From Balanoglossus misakiensis (Eukaryota > Animalia > Hemichordata): DNA of 64,000 bases. Within the stretch, counting starts at the first letter, position 1, and the number at the start of each line of letters is the position of its first letter. The notes beneath the pieces were generated by a model. It was given only the letters and a program-made list of their open reading frames with translations. It made no database searches and was not told where the DNA came from. Below are positions 52,597-64,000 of the stretch, in pieces. Both the position numbers and the translations under genes were made by a program. The stretch lies in NCBI GenBank assembly GCA_040954595.2, contig CM082592.2, positions 2,928,635-2,992,634 on the forward strand. Direction: 5' to 3'.

Positions 52597-55480
52597 CGAT
52601 CTACAGAGTCTTGCGGAAAACTTTCTTATGCGCTCAGCCTATGTGTTCTACGCATCACAACGGAATTCCGTAAATAAACGAGACGGTGTTTGGAAGCATC
52701 CATGGATATTTTAGAACAAAACCTCGATCTACAGAGTCTTGCGGAAAACTTTCTTATGCGCTCAGCCTATATGTCCTACGCATCACAACGGAAGTCCGTA
52801 AATAAACGAGACGGTGTTTGGAAGCATCCATGGATATTTTAGAACAAGCCGACGATCTACAGAGTCTTGCGGAAAACTTTCTTATGCGCTCAGCCTATGT
52901 GTTCTACGCATCACAACGGAATTCCGTAAATAAACGAGACGGTGTTTGGAAGCATCCGTGGATATTTTAGAACAACCCGCCGATCTACAGAGTCTACCGG
53001 AAAACTTTCTTAATGCGCTCAGCCTATGTGTTCTACGCATCAGAACGGAAGTCCGTAAGGCCGAGTTACACGAGGCAACTTAGTCTTGCTCCAAGACTGT
53101 GTGATACTGAACATGAAATGCGCGTCTGCGTTACGTATAGAACGTCCTGTGGACGCGACGCTAATCACACAGTCTTGCCGATTCTGTAAACGCCCTCAAG
53201 TGGTTTTACCAGATTTTGGTAAGTAGCGGAGAACATTCGAACCTCATATGTCTGTCAATCAAATTAGCGTCGTGTCAACATGAGTTCTATACGCGTACAT
53301 ACCAGGTACAGAATACGCATTTTTGGGCGTTATCGCGATTTTTGTGCGCTTCTAGATGTTCTACATGCAAATTAACGCCGCTCATGAATATTCATATCAA
53401 ATATATGTGTGCAGAAACGTACAGTCGCTTTGCCTGGCGGCGCGTCGTACGAAAGTTCCATTCCTTATCGACAGGCACAGCGACTGCCATAGAGTCTAGA
53501 GGCAACTCGGCAGGCAACTCGGTAGGCAACTCGACGCGCAACCCGAGTCGCGTCGCTACATCGAACAGTTACACGGGGCGACTCGACTGGCAACTAGCTG
53601 CGCGTAAACAGTGGCTGCGCATGTGCAGCCGCCTCAGTAGCCGATCGACAATTCAATCTTTATTCGATATTATGCATAAATATTTGGTGGTTATTCTGGC
53701 AACAGCATACAATACGTATACTTTCTCCACTATGTATTGCTATTGACATAATAAACTAACTAGTTTTGCACTTCAACAGTATCCTCATCAATAAAAACAT
53801 GTTTTTTTCTCAGTAAGCAGGTGATATGCAAGCCTATATCAGTAAAGAAAAAAAATACTAGCTTGGGTGCTTAATTTAATTGATGAATACGGAATTTTTA
53901 ATCGCGATACCAAATTGGACAAAATTGAAACGTTACTAAATATCGTTTCAATAAAAAAGGAGTAACTTAAGTTTAATTACAAAAACATTGACTTACTTTA
54001 TTTAAAATGTACTTGAAACCAGGTACATTTTAAATCCGGCGAGTTTAAATCCTTGTAAAACAGGGGAGTAGAATATGGGGAAATTGAAGAAAGTTGCGCA
54101 ATTTAACATTAAGATTACTGAATTTTCAAACTGCACATCATACAAATGTGTGAAAAAAGCTGAGACAAAAGTCGTGCCAATCTGTAAAAACGTTATAGAT
54201 AATAAACAAAATCCATGTTTCGAAATGCAGTGAAAGTAATAACAAGGCAAGTGGGACATTTCATTGTACAAGAACGAAGTAGGCCTATATTTTTTAAAGA
54301 AGAAATATATTGCTTGATAGATTTGTTTGTATGTAAAATAATACAAATAGAACTATATTTGTATTTATAAGTTGACATGACCGGGCGAAATAGACACGTG
54401 TTTTGCCCAAAAAGATATATGATGTACACTGGCTGTGTAAGAACTCTTGAACTGTGGGCGATAATCATAAGCTGGCGTTTTATTATTCTGAAATTCGGTT
54501 ACGATATTTGGTTATGGTACCCCAAAAATCGGAAATGCAATCAATGTCGAGTCAATCTTCATAACCATTTTCGCGAAACTGAATAGTAGTTTATTTTCAT
54601 ATCATCGCTGGCAAGATAATTAGTTGAAAGTTTCTTTAACAAAACGTGAGTTTATATGGAAATATTGAACTATAAATACATACAAATATCCGATTTCATA
54701 GCAAATACTTATTCCCCAATATTTTCGGAAGTCTACAGGTCTACAGTCTGTAGTTCCTGGTTCGGAAAATAACAAATAAACATCATTTTCGCATGTGCAG
54801 ATGTCAAAATTTATTCGAGACAAAGTGGTAACGCGGGGCAACAGCTTGCGCGTCAGGCAACTCGTCGCCCGAAAATCCGACATGACGAATTTCGAGGCGA
54901 CGTCGCCAGACGCGTTCCATTGAGGCGACTACATCATACACACGAGGCAACTCGGTAGGCAACTCGGGTTGCGCGTCGAATTGCCTACCGAGTTGCCTGC
55001 CGAGTTGCCTCGTGTAACTCGGCCTGTATATAAACGAGACGGTGTTTGGAAGCATCCATGGATATTTTAGAACAAGCCGTCGATCTACATACAGAGTCTT
55101 GAGGAAAACTTTCTCATGCGCTCAGCCTATGTGTTCTACGCATCAGAACGGAAGTCCGTAAATAAACGAGACGGTGTTTGGAAGCAACCATGGAAATTTT
55201 AGAACAAACAGTCGATCTACAGAGTCTTGCGGAAAACTTTCTTATTGCGCTCAGCCTATGTGTTCTACGCATCACAACGGAAGTCCGTAAATAAACGAGA
55301 CGGTGTTTGGAAGCATCCATGGAAATTTTAGAACAAGCCGACGATCTACAGAGTCTACCGGAAAACTTTCTTATGCGCTCAGCCTATGTGTTCTACGCAT
55401 CAGAACGGAAGTCCGTAAATAAACGAGACGGTGTTTAGAAGCATCCATGGAAATTTTAGAACAAGTCGTCGATCTACAGA
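52597..55480. repeat. 128-bp tandem satellite (about 7 copies) interrupted by a ~2 kb insertion
   Basis: Unit cgatctacagagtcttgcggaaaactttcttatgcgctcagcc...gaagcatccatggatattttagaacaa starts at 52597, 52725, 52853 and 52981. The fourth copy breaks at 53058 and resumes at about 55030. Further starts at 55081, 55213, 55342 and 55470 (partial). Confidence 0.95.
53059..55024. mobile_element. Non-autonomous TIR DNA transposon (PIF/Harbinger-like termini) inserted in the satellite
   Basis: Perfect 22-bp TIR ggccgagttacacgaggcaact ... agttgcctcgtgtaactcggcc. Left flank is TAA but the right flank is not a clean TAA. Internal aggcaactcgg repeats occur in both orientations. No transposase ORF seen. 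Confidence 0.8.
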
Positions 55481-57022
55481 TATAGTTGCATATTGTGACA
55501 AATAAAAAATGTTTTAAACATATTCTTACTGTAAGAAAAATGTATGCTGTAAAAAAATTAATGTTTCACTCGGTTTTAATTTCACCTTTTTCAATGATTG
55601 ATAAATCCGCTAAAATGAATCCAAGTGAAAATGTAAAATTACAATAAAACTCATTGTAATATAGCCAAATCCGTGAATACAATACCTAATAAATGTGCCA
55701 AATCTCTGAAAGAGAGAAAGTACATCTCAGTGAAAATAAATGCTCTAATAGTAACCAACATGAGAAGTGTAGTATATTCGTGATAAAAATATCCTGAAAA
55801 CGGTTTTCAAATACATGAAATCACATTAAACATTTTATATTCTGAATAATAACACAGTCTAAAAGGGTATGCTGATTATATGTTGTTGAACACAAATCCT
55901 TTTGAAGTAAGGTACTAGCTATAAAATCCTATAAATCGCGCTTAGGCTTTTCTCACACATTCCTGAAAACAACACACGAGTAGAATCCTCAAAAGTATGG
56001 TAACAAAATATGTTCTATTTTTAGAGTGATTAACTCTGCCTAACAATAACTAACCTTCTCTTCATCTATGGTTCAAGTGTATATGCTTCACTGTTGCTAA
56101 GTGTGCTGATGTTGCTATGCACACACGGAAGTTGCCTTTGGCGTTCATGGACGCCATATTGGGCCACAGTAAATATAGACACTTCACCGAACCGCATTTA
56201 TTTCAAATCGTTATTTATGGTGGAATATAATCTACAATATTCGCCTTGGATATCTGAACAACAAGAGCTCTTCACAACAAAACCGTAGACGAGAACTTAT
56301 TGAAACTATTAAAAGTTAAAAGCAGTGACGCAAAGTCGCCAAATGAATCAAAAGTCCAAATTTCCATGAGTATTTTACATCTTAAGGGAACAATGCACTG
56401 TCGAGGGCATTTCTAATGATTGACATTTCACACTAATTCATATAGGCATTCTTAAATACTCTTTGTGATTTCTTGTTGATGATGACAGATAGTTATCAAA
56501 ATGTGCACAAATATGAGGAAAAAGTATAACTGTTACTTTACATTGTACTTTTTCAAACGATTAGTAGATAATAACCGGGACCACGCTTACGTATAGAAGC
56601 ACATTGTTTGGTCAAGCTCAGGGACTTCCCCCAATCCCTTTTATGTATATGACTTTCACAAATTATTGTCAAAATTGAAAAAGTGCCCCGGTCTTAGTGT
56701 GCAAATACTGCTTACACAACTGAGAGTTTGAGGATACATCCAAAACAACATGCTGATTACGTTTTGTAGAATAGAAGTAAATTTGAAGTATGGTACTCGC
56801 TGTAAGATCGCACAGAAGTAGTTGTATGCAGTAATTTTGTTCATTGTTTTGACATGGAACTCATTCTGAGTTCAAGTTGCCCGGCCCCATACACCAAACA
56901 TTTACAGATCCTTCATAGGAATATCTCAGATTGCCTAACGATATCTACTTCTTTATGTCTTGTTCAAGTGCATTTACATTGCAGTCACTGAGTGTCTGTT
57001 GTTGCAACATAGTCTTTGGTGT

Positions 57023-60000
57023 TCATACACAACACTCTTTCTTGAACGCGTCATGTGTCTCGCGAATGACATCGGAGTCACGGAGCATTTCTTTCATGCG
57101 TTGTGCCCTCTCAAAAGCATAGTCGTACCCGTCAAATACTTCTGCGAGGCGTGTATACCAAAGATCGATATCTCCTTCTCTCTCCACGTCAGTGACGCCC
57201 ACATCGACAGTCACTGCCTTGACCGTGTCACTCGGGAAGATCTTGTTCAGAAACTTCGCCAGGCCTGAGTTTCTGTTGACGAGGACTGGTATGCCCGCTG
57301 CAATGGCTTCCAAACCAACCATACCATGCGGCTCGATCGGTGATGGCAGGAGACATATGTGACTCTGCTGTATATCAACTTTAAGTTGATTCTTTACTCC
57401 AGGTGGATACAAGGCATATTTTAGGTGCCTAGTAGATATATGCGGATGTATGTACTCACGTGCAGGCTGCAGTTGCTCTTGTTGGATACCAGTGATTCGC
57501 CAGACAGGGGGTTCAAAAGTATAGCTCCCACTTTTGCCTTTGGCTACATATTCACTCATGCCACCAGCAGCGAGGTCATACCCCACTAATCCTGAGACGG
57601 CATCAACTCTTCCATAGGTGAGAATCTGTACTCTGCAATCCTTCGACGGTTTTCTCATTTGAATGTCGAAGAAACTTCCATCTGGTAATGGTAGGAATAG
57701 CTCATGTTTAATGGATTGCACCATTCTCTGACTATTTTCAAAGTGATCATACGCACGTGGTCCAACGGAGAAAACTACATCAGCACGGCTGGCTTCTTCA
57801 ATTAGTTTTGCCTCCTTTTGCTGGATTCGGGTAGGCGTGAATTCATCACTTTGAACCTCGGTGTCTTCTGGGAGAACGTGGTTGAAGAGGATGACCTTCT
57901 TTTCTGGGAAGTACTCCTTCTGTATATTCAGTGCGGCACATGGTGTGGATGACAGATGGCCTATCACAACCCTGACATCTTGGATCTCCCTCAAAGATGG
58001 ATAGTGGCTTGAATAATATGTAGTCAGCCAGTCAATGGATGGCGTGGTTTCCGACGTAGAATCACGATTTCTAGCAGTTGTTGGCAGCATAAGGTTAACC
58101 ATCTTTGACACTGCATCGTCTTCATCTTCTTTACTTGCCCGAAGAGCCATCGCACGTACTTGTCGACCAGTTTTAGCAGCAAGACCAGAAATAAATCGAT
58201 GGACAGTTGATATGCTATCAGCTGTCTTAGAGTCCCACCGATCTCCAACAACAAGAACAGTACCGTCACTGCGGACAAATATAAAATGGAATCTTTATTA
58301 CATATGGAAGTCACTGGGCCCCAACACATCACACTTCCGACAGCACAACCTTCCTACAATAATCATGCAAAACTACAACAAACCACGATCATTTTTTAAC
58401 CCAAAAGAATTAACGTTGGTCCCAGGCACCTGTCTAAGGTTCGACCTATAGAGGTTATAATTTTGGAAGTGACTCGTTGACACAGTGTACAGTGTGTGCA
58501 CGAGAAAAAAGACCTCTCAAACGCGTTTACAAATATTCTTCACAAACATACATAAACAAAACCATGCAGCTTTAGCCGAGCTGCCACAATTACTATGATC
58601 CACCAAGTACAATTATCAACACAGGGTGAATAGTTTTACCACACGAGGCATTGCAGTCTCGTGAAAATATGGATAGAGCATCAGAAGTCATGATAATTAC
58701 TCTTTTTAGACATAAATTATATCACATATACTCAGATAGAAGGGTTATACCTATAGGTATGTTCATAGAATAAAAAAAACGAATATATAAAATATTTGAA
58801 AGAAATAGATGTACCTTCCATTGCTTGTAGGATCTGTGGTATTGTTTATATTTTCCTTTTCCACTTGTTCGTCTCCGTCTTTATCTACAATGTAGAAATT
58901 CAAGTGAAGATTAAGTAAGAAGTAATTGTGAGGGTAATGCTTTGACGAGAGGTAAATTCAGCGAAAATGCGTTGCGTGTACATCTTATACGAGAATTTTC
59001 GAAACTTTATCGGCGCCTTAAAAGCATCGTCTTTATAAAACCAAACGAACACTCACCTGCGCAGTACCATATTTCCAAATCTGGGTACGACACCTGTTTC
59101 ACACTTCTTCGACAAGAAACTTTTGGTAGGTGTCCCTCTTCTTTGATAGCTGCGCATCGGTCATCGATGTCTTCAGAACCTGGGATTAATTCTCCCGGCT
59201 TATGTTGTGGACACAGACACTTGACGCAGACGTCGTATTCTAACCTTGGTGCGTACGTACGGATAAGCTTCTTTAACTCCTTTTCAACTGTCATTCTCAC
59301 ACTTCTGAGATGCCGTGGCTGTAGTTCTGGCGTGCATTTGGGGTCGATGAAAACTACTGCCTTCAGCTCGATATCAGACCCTATTTTACACAGAATGACA
59401 TGGAAATTCTCCTTCTCGATGAATATACGAGCTCTGTGCTTGCGTAAAACCATTTGCTGGTTCGGCCACTCCTTCAGGCACCGGACAACAAGTCGGTAGA
59501 ATAGCCCTTCAGGAAGGAAATTACCCCTGAAATGGAAGTAAATTGGACAGCAGGATTTTGTGTCTGCTGGGCAGATGGCTCCATTCTTCCCTTCTGCATC
59601 TTTCTTGAGTAGGCTTGGCAGGTAGTATACTGGCCTACTGTCATGTGGGTCAGGGATTTTGCAAATGACGTCATACTCTTCCAGTGTTGTCAGTAGAACC
59701 ACCTTGTCTTCTGAGCGGTCATGTCGTTTCAGGATATAATCCACCAGTTCATCCTGTAATCTGCCTTCATAATCTAACTCATCAATCAGATTGCATATTC
59801 GTGGGGGGACATCCAACTCTTCTCTGTAAGTAATTGATTGGGTTATCAATATCTTGAATAGATTAACCAACCACCCCACATCCAAGATGATGGTGTCTGC
59901 GAGTTCTGGTATTGACTTGAAGTGTAGTATTTCCCCAACATCGTGATAGAACCCCAAAGCCTGGTTTATATCATCTTCTTCCATTTCCAACTTCTTTCCC

Positions 60001-60942
60001 AGACTTTTTGCTTCATCTAAGGTTATCTTCTCTCTTTCAAGCTGCCTCATTGAAAGTTCCAAGCGTATCCATTTCGCTGGAACTCTCCCAAGAAAGAAGT
60101 AGTCCTTGGCAAACTGCTGTATCTTTGTGCGGAGTTGTTCAACGTTTGGATCAACAGTAGTGGTCTTGTCTTCTTGCCTTGATTTATTGTCAATGGCAAT
60201 CATGTCTATAAGATGTTCATTGACGACCTTAGTAGCATGTTTCCTCAGGTAATCCCTGATTTCTTTAAGACGTTTCTTGGCTTCTGCTTCAATGTCTTTG
60301 TCATCGTATGAACCGTCTCCCTGATGGTGGGGGATGCATGAAACAGTTACATGTACATGCATGCTACGATTCAGAAATTGTAGTAATGGTGTTTAACAAC
60401 AAAGAATTTAATATGAAATCATAGCAGGTGACCATATCAATGCTAATAAAACAATATCATTGTATTCGTCATCATCATGCATCAGAAAATGACATATTAA
60501 CAAAGAAGTTGATACATTTCGTGTATCATCCTACCTGCAGTAGTAAGTCTTTCTTCGTTCCTAATATAATGACTGGTGGTGCAGGTGTTTTATCCACAAT
60601 GTCACTTGGTCGAGCATGCGTATGGATTGAATTCATCCAAAAATGCAGGAACTCTACAAGAGAAGTCATTGTCAATGACATAATCCTCGCTTCATTAACA
60701 GATTATGAAATATTTTATGCCATTCGAACCCATATAACCACTAGGCTAAATTCCCGCCCACCTCAATGCTAAAAATATTCACAATATGAAGCGTTCTTTA
60801 TAAAAAAGGCGTTGATGTCCCAATTAAAAGCCACGTACCCTTAACAGTCCATCCATCTTCAATTTCGGTTGACATGATGTCGTCCAGAGATTTGGTAAGG
60901 TCGGTGACAAGAATATAAATAACTCTGGAGGCAAGGAACACC

Positions 60943-61004
<62 letters not shown>

Positions 61005-61938
61005 TATTCAGCGTATACATGTACTACCCGTTGCAAAAGTACACACAAATCGTCATGCGCATAAAAATAAAAGCTGTACAAAGTCAAGTGTCCGCAAGCT
61101 AAGGATTTATACAAGATTGAAGTATGCTATCGTTAAATAGGCTAAAAGGTGGCAGCCCATGAACCAAAAAGAGTGTATTGGGGGGTATACACAAACCTGA
61201 TGAGTTATATAATAGACATTCTGTCCCGCGTAATCCCACAAACTGAAGTACATGTCGGGTTTATCAACATCGGTAACTTCTTTCAAGCGACGCCTCAACC
61301 GTTTCTGAACATCATTCGTTTCTTCTTCTTTCAGTTTTAAATCATCAAGTAAGGCGTCTACTTGAGGTGAATACGCGTTTAAAGCTGATTTTCCTGAACT
61401 CTTCTTGATTCCAATGACAAGAACATCTGCAAGCATCTCCTTGGTTTCTTCGACAGATCTTTTGCCTTGGTATTTGGTGACATATTCTAATGAAAAGGTA
61501 GAAAACCGTCAATCCTAATTGTTTAAACGTAATCAATGCAGTAACAGATACCTGTGTACAGCTCAATTGGCTAATATTTTCCCTATTTTCACTACTTAGT
61601 TTTCTGATTTAATTGCAGGTCCTGATTTGAGTTTGAATCATAAATTGAAATTGTTATCTACATCACTCATTGATATATGCTACATAATTTTATTGAAGTA
61701 AAAATTATAACAAACAAAATATTAAAATACCCTTAATTATCCATTCAGTGATGTCTATGTTGTAGATATCAGCTCCATCAGTACTTTTATGTTTTTCTTC
61801 GTAAGGCTCGTTGAATAGACTGCGTTTAGTAGATGTCTTCCCTGCACCAAACGCACCAACCAACATAATACGGCCTCGATATATATTTTTCATGGTATCT
61901 GAACTTTGTAATGCCTTGTGCAAGCTTCTGCCGAATTT
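57023..61938 (-). CDS. ROCO-type protein: Roc GTPase - COR domain - C-terminal GT4/GT-B glycosyltransferase-like domain; 5' end lies beyond the window
   Basis: Exons 61731-61938, 61197-61486, 60839-60941, 60535-60653, 59057-60320, 58815-58884, 57023-58268 splice GT-AG with consistent phases into about 1099 codons. Roc motifs: RIMLVGAFGAGKTS (G1), HKST (G2), WDYAGQ (G3), GTKKD (G4), IDNK (G5). COR-like: VPAKWIRLE, LGFYHDVGEILHF, YYLPSLL, FLPEGLFYRLVVRC. GT4-like: VLVVGDRW...ISTVHR, LLPSPIEPHGMVGLEAIAAGIPVLV (E-x7-E). Confidence 0.88.
60945..61004. repeat. (GA)n microsatellite forming the polypyrimidine tract of the 60839-60941 exon
   Basis: Minus strand (CT)n-CACAG|GTGTTC. Confidence 0.9.
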
Positions 61939-61996
61939 CTAACATCAAAGATAATAAACATTAAGAGAACAAGATTCTACTACCGTGTAATTACTA

Positions 61997-62005
61997 CATC
62001 ATCAT

Positions 62006-62036
<31 letters not shown>

Positions 62037-62067
62037 ATCATCATCATCATCATCAGCAGCAGCATCA
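61997..62067. repeat. (CAT)n/(CAG)n trinucleotide microsatellite, intronic
   Basis: Direct reading. Confidence 0.9.
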
Positions 62068-62132
62068 TTCCACGTACAAGCAAAGTAGTAAATATACATA
62101 TATAGATAGATAAGAACTAGATATATACATAC

Positions 62133-62135
62133 CCA
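62133..62135 (-). other. Candidate 3-nt microexon TGG (Trp) of the ROCO-GT gene
   Basis: Minus strand ...TTTGACTTTACTTCAACATAATCCAG|TGG|GTATGT, downstream of a CT-rich tract. Confidence 0.65.
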
Positions 62136-62415
62136 CTGGATTATGTTGAAGTAAAGTCAAACACCGGTAGGTATATACAACAACAAAGTCAGAGAGAGAA
62201 AGAGACAGAGAGAAAGAGAGAGATTAGTTATCGTAGTATTCAACATGTGATCCCTTAATATAACCATAATTAGTAAAACAAAGTATTATGTTCTTCTGAT
62301 TAAATATATTTAAACACAACATGCACAAGGTTAACTTTGAATGTTTACTCATAACATTCAACGTACTAGCAAAGTACTAATATACAGATATAGGAAAAGG
62401 CAGATATAAACTTAC

Positions 62416-62418
62416 ATC
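62416..62418 (-). other. Candidate 3-nt microexon GAT (Asp)
   Basis: Minus strand (CT)n...CACTGATTGCATTTGCCTTCGTAATCAAG|GAT|GTAAGT. Confidence 0.65.
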
Positions 62419-62457
62419 CTTGATTACGAAGGCAAATGCAATCAGTGGTAGGTTTAA

Positions 62458-62525
<68 letters not shown>

Positions 62526-62709
62526 GTGAGTTATTGTAGTATTCAATGTGTGATCCCTTTCTAAAGTCAATATAAACATAATTAGTAATCAATTACGGTA
62601 GTGTTAAACATGTGATACATTCATAAAGTTAATATTTATACAAGTAATAAATTATAACATTCAACGTACTAGCAATGTAGTAAATATACATATATAGATA
62701 TATACTTAC

Positions 62710-62712
62710 CAA
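62710..62712 (-). other. Candidate 3-nt microexon TTG (Leu)
   Basis: Minus strand (CT)n...TTTGACGTTGCCTCTACAAAATGCAG|TTG|GTAAGT. Confidence 0.7.
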
Positions 62713-62757
62713 CTGCATTTTGTAGAGGCAACGTCAAACACAGGTAGGTACAACAAC

Positions 62758-62816
<59 letters not shown>

Positions 62817-63003
62817 ACGATACCTTCATAAAGTTAATATTTATACAAGTAATAAATCAAACTATGATGTTTATTCTTCTAATTTAAGTATATTTACACA
62901 CTACATGTCTAGAGTTAACGTTTGATGTTTACTTATAACATTCCACGTACTAGCAAAGTAGTAAAAATACATATATAGATTAAAGAACTAGATATATACT
63001 TAC

Positions 63004-63006
63004 CCT
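63004..63006 (-). other. Candidate 3-nt microexon AGG (Arg)
   Basis: Minus strand (CT)n...TTTGACGTTGCCTCTACAAAATGTAG|AGG|GTAAGT. Confidence 0.68.
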
Positions 63007-63084
63007 CTACATTTTGTAGAGGCAACGTCAAACACAGGTAGGTACAACAACAAAGGCAGAGAGAGAGAGAGAGAGAGAGGGGGG

Positions 63085-63167
<83 letters not shown>

Positions 63168-63370
63168 AGGGAAAGAGAGAGAGAACATGATACCTTCATA
63201 AAGTTAATATTTATACAAGTAATAAATCAAACTTTGATGTTTTTTCTTCTAATTTAAGTGTATTTACACCCAACATGTCTAAAGTAGACTTTGGATGTTT
63301 ACTTATAACATTCCACGGACAGGCAAAGTAGTAGATATACATATATTTATAAGAACTAGATTATACTTAC

Positions 63371-63373
63371 GAA
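63371..63373 (-). other. Candidate 3-nt microexon TTC (Phe)
   Basis: Minus strand (CT)n...GTGTGACTTTGCTTCTACAAAATCCAG|TTC|GTAAGT. Confidence 0.7.
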
Positions 63374-63436
63374 CTGGATTTTGTAGAAGCAAAGTCACAC
63401 ACCGGTAGGTACAACAATAAGGGCAGAGAGCGAGCG

Positions 63437-63526
<90 letters not shown>

Positions 63527-63734
63527 CATTTACGGTAGTTATTAACATGTGATACATTCATAAAGTTAATATTTACACAAGTAATAAATCAAACTATGAT
63601 GTTTTTCATCTAATTTAAGTATATTTACACACAACATGTCTGGAGTTAACTTTGGGTGTTTACTTATAACATTCCACGTACTAGCATAGTAGTAAATATT
63701 CATATATAGATTAAAGAACTAGATATATACTTAC

Positions 63735-63737
63735 CTC
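63735..63737 (-). other. Candidate 3-nt microexon GAG (Glu)
   Basis: Minus strand (CT)n...TTTGACGTTGCTTCTACAAAATGTAG|GAG|GTAAGT. Confidence 0.65.
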
Positions 63738-63802
63738 CTACATTTTGTAGAAGCAACGTCAAACACAGTAGGTACAACAACAAAGGCAGAGTGAGAGAGA
63801 GG

Positions 63803-63917
<115 letters not shown>

Positions 63918-64000
63918 AGGAGGGAGGGAGGGGGAGGGGGAGGGAGAGAGAGAGAACACGATGCCTTCATAAAGTTAATATTTATACAAGTAATAAATCA

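Noticed and set aside
53216-53746. 176-aa ORF inside the TIR element as a possible transposase or Myb-like protein
   Set aside because: No DDE or Myb/SANT motif is recognisable, and part of it translates the aggcaactcgg repeats.
52597-55480. CRISPR-like regular repeat
   Set aside because: Units are contiguous 128-bp near-identical copies with no unique spacers and no cas genes, and the context is eukaryotic.
57023-58150. Stand-alone, horizontally acquired bacterial glycosyltransferase gene
   Set aside because: The reading frame extends upstream of the ATG to a good acceptor at 58268 whose phase matches the preceding exon. It is best read as the last exon of the ROCO gene; an ancient origin of the domain is not addressed.
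58401-58445. Possible extra 45-nt phase-2 exon between the linker exon and the GT exon
   Set aside because: The acceptor (TATAG) is plausible but the donor (GTTAAA) is weak, and the exon is not needed for frame. Unsupported without RNA data.
58942-59499. 185-aa plus-strand ORF, and similar ones at 41277-41834 and 24162-24452
   Set aside because: These are antisense shadows of real coding exons.
63735-63737. Recursive (zero-length) AG|GT splice site as the explanation of the array
   Set aside because: It fits only the GAG|GTAAGT unit. The other five have no AG directly abutting GT and all show a 3-nt gap.

Overview
AT-rich, intron-rich animal genomic DNA. An invertebrate deuterostome such as a hemichordate is my guess from gene content, not a proven assignment. 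Five protein-coding loci can be read by hand. (1) An ELAPOR/KIAA1324-family gene on the minus strand, 16 exons, running off the left edge. (2) Head-to-head with it, a 4-exon CFAP276/C1orf194 orthologue with an RFX X-box in the shared promoter. (3) An intronless class-A GPCR with an NRY motif. (4) An 18-exon PTPN12/18/22 (PEST-family) tyrosine phosphatase on the minus strand. (5) A Roc-COR (ROCO) GTPase fused to a C-terminal GT4-like glycosyltransferase, on the minus strand and running off the right edge. The most striking observation is upstream of the Roc exon (about 62.1-64 kb): what looks like a (GA)n-rich tandem repeat is an array of ~280-370 bp duplicated units. On the minus strand each unit carries a polypyrimidine tract, a candidate branch point, an AG, exactly 3 nt, and GT(A)AGT/GTATGT. 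This gives at least six candidate single-codon microexons (GAG, TTC, AGG, TTG, GAT, TGG = E, F, R, L, D, W), and the 3 nt differ in every copy. The rest of the window holds many MITE-like elements, two hairpin-ended elements, and a 128-bp satellite split by a TIR element.
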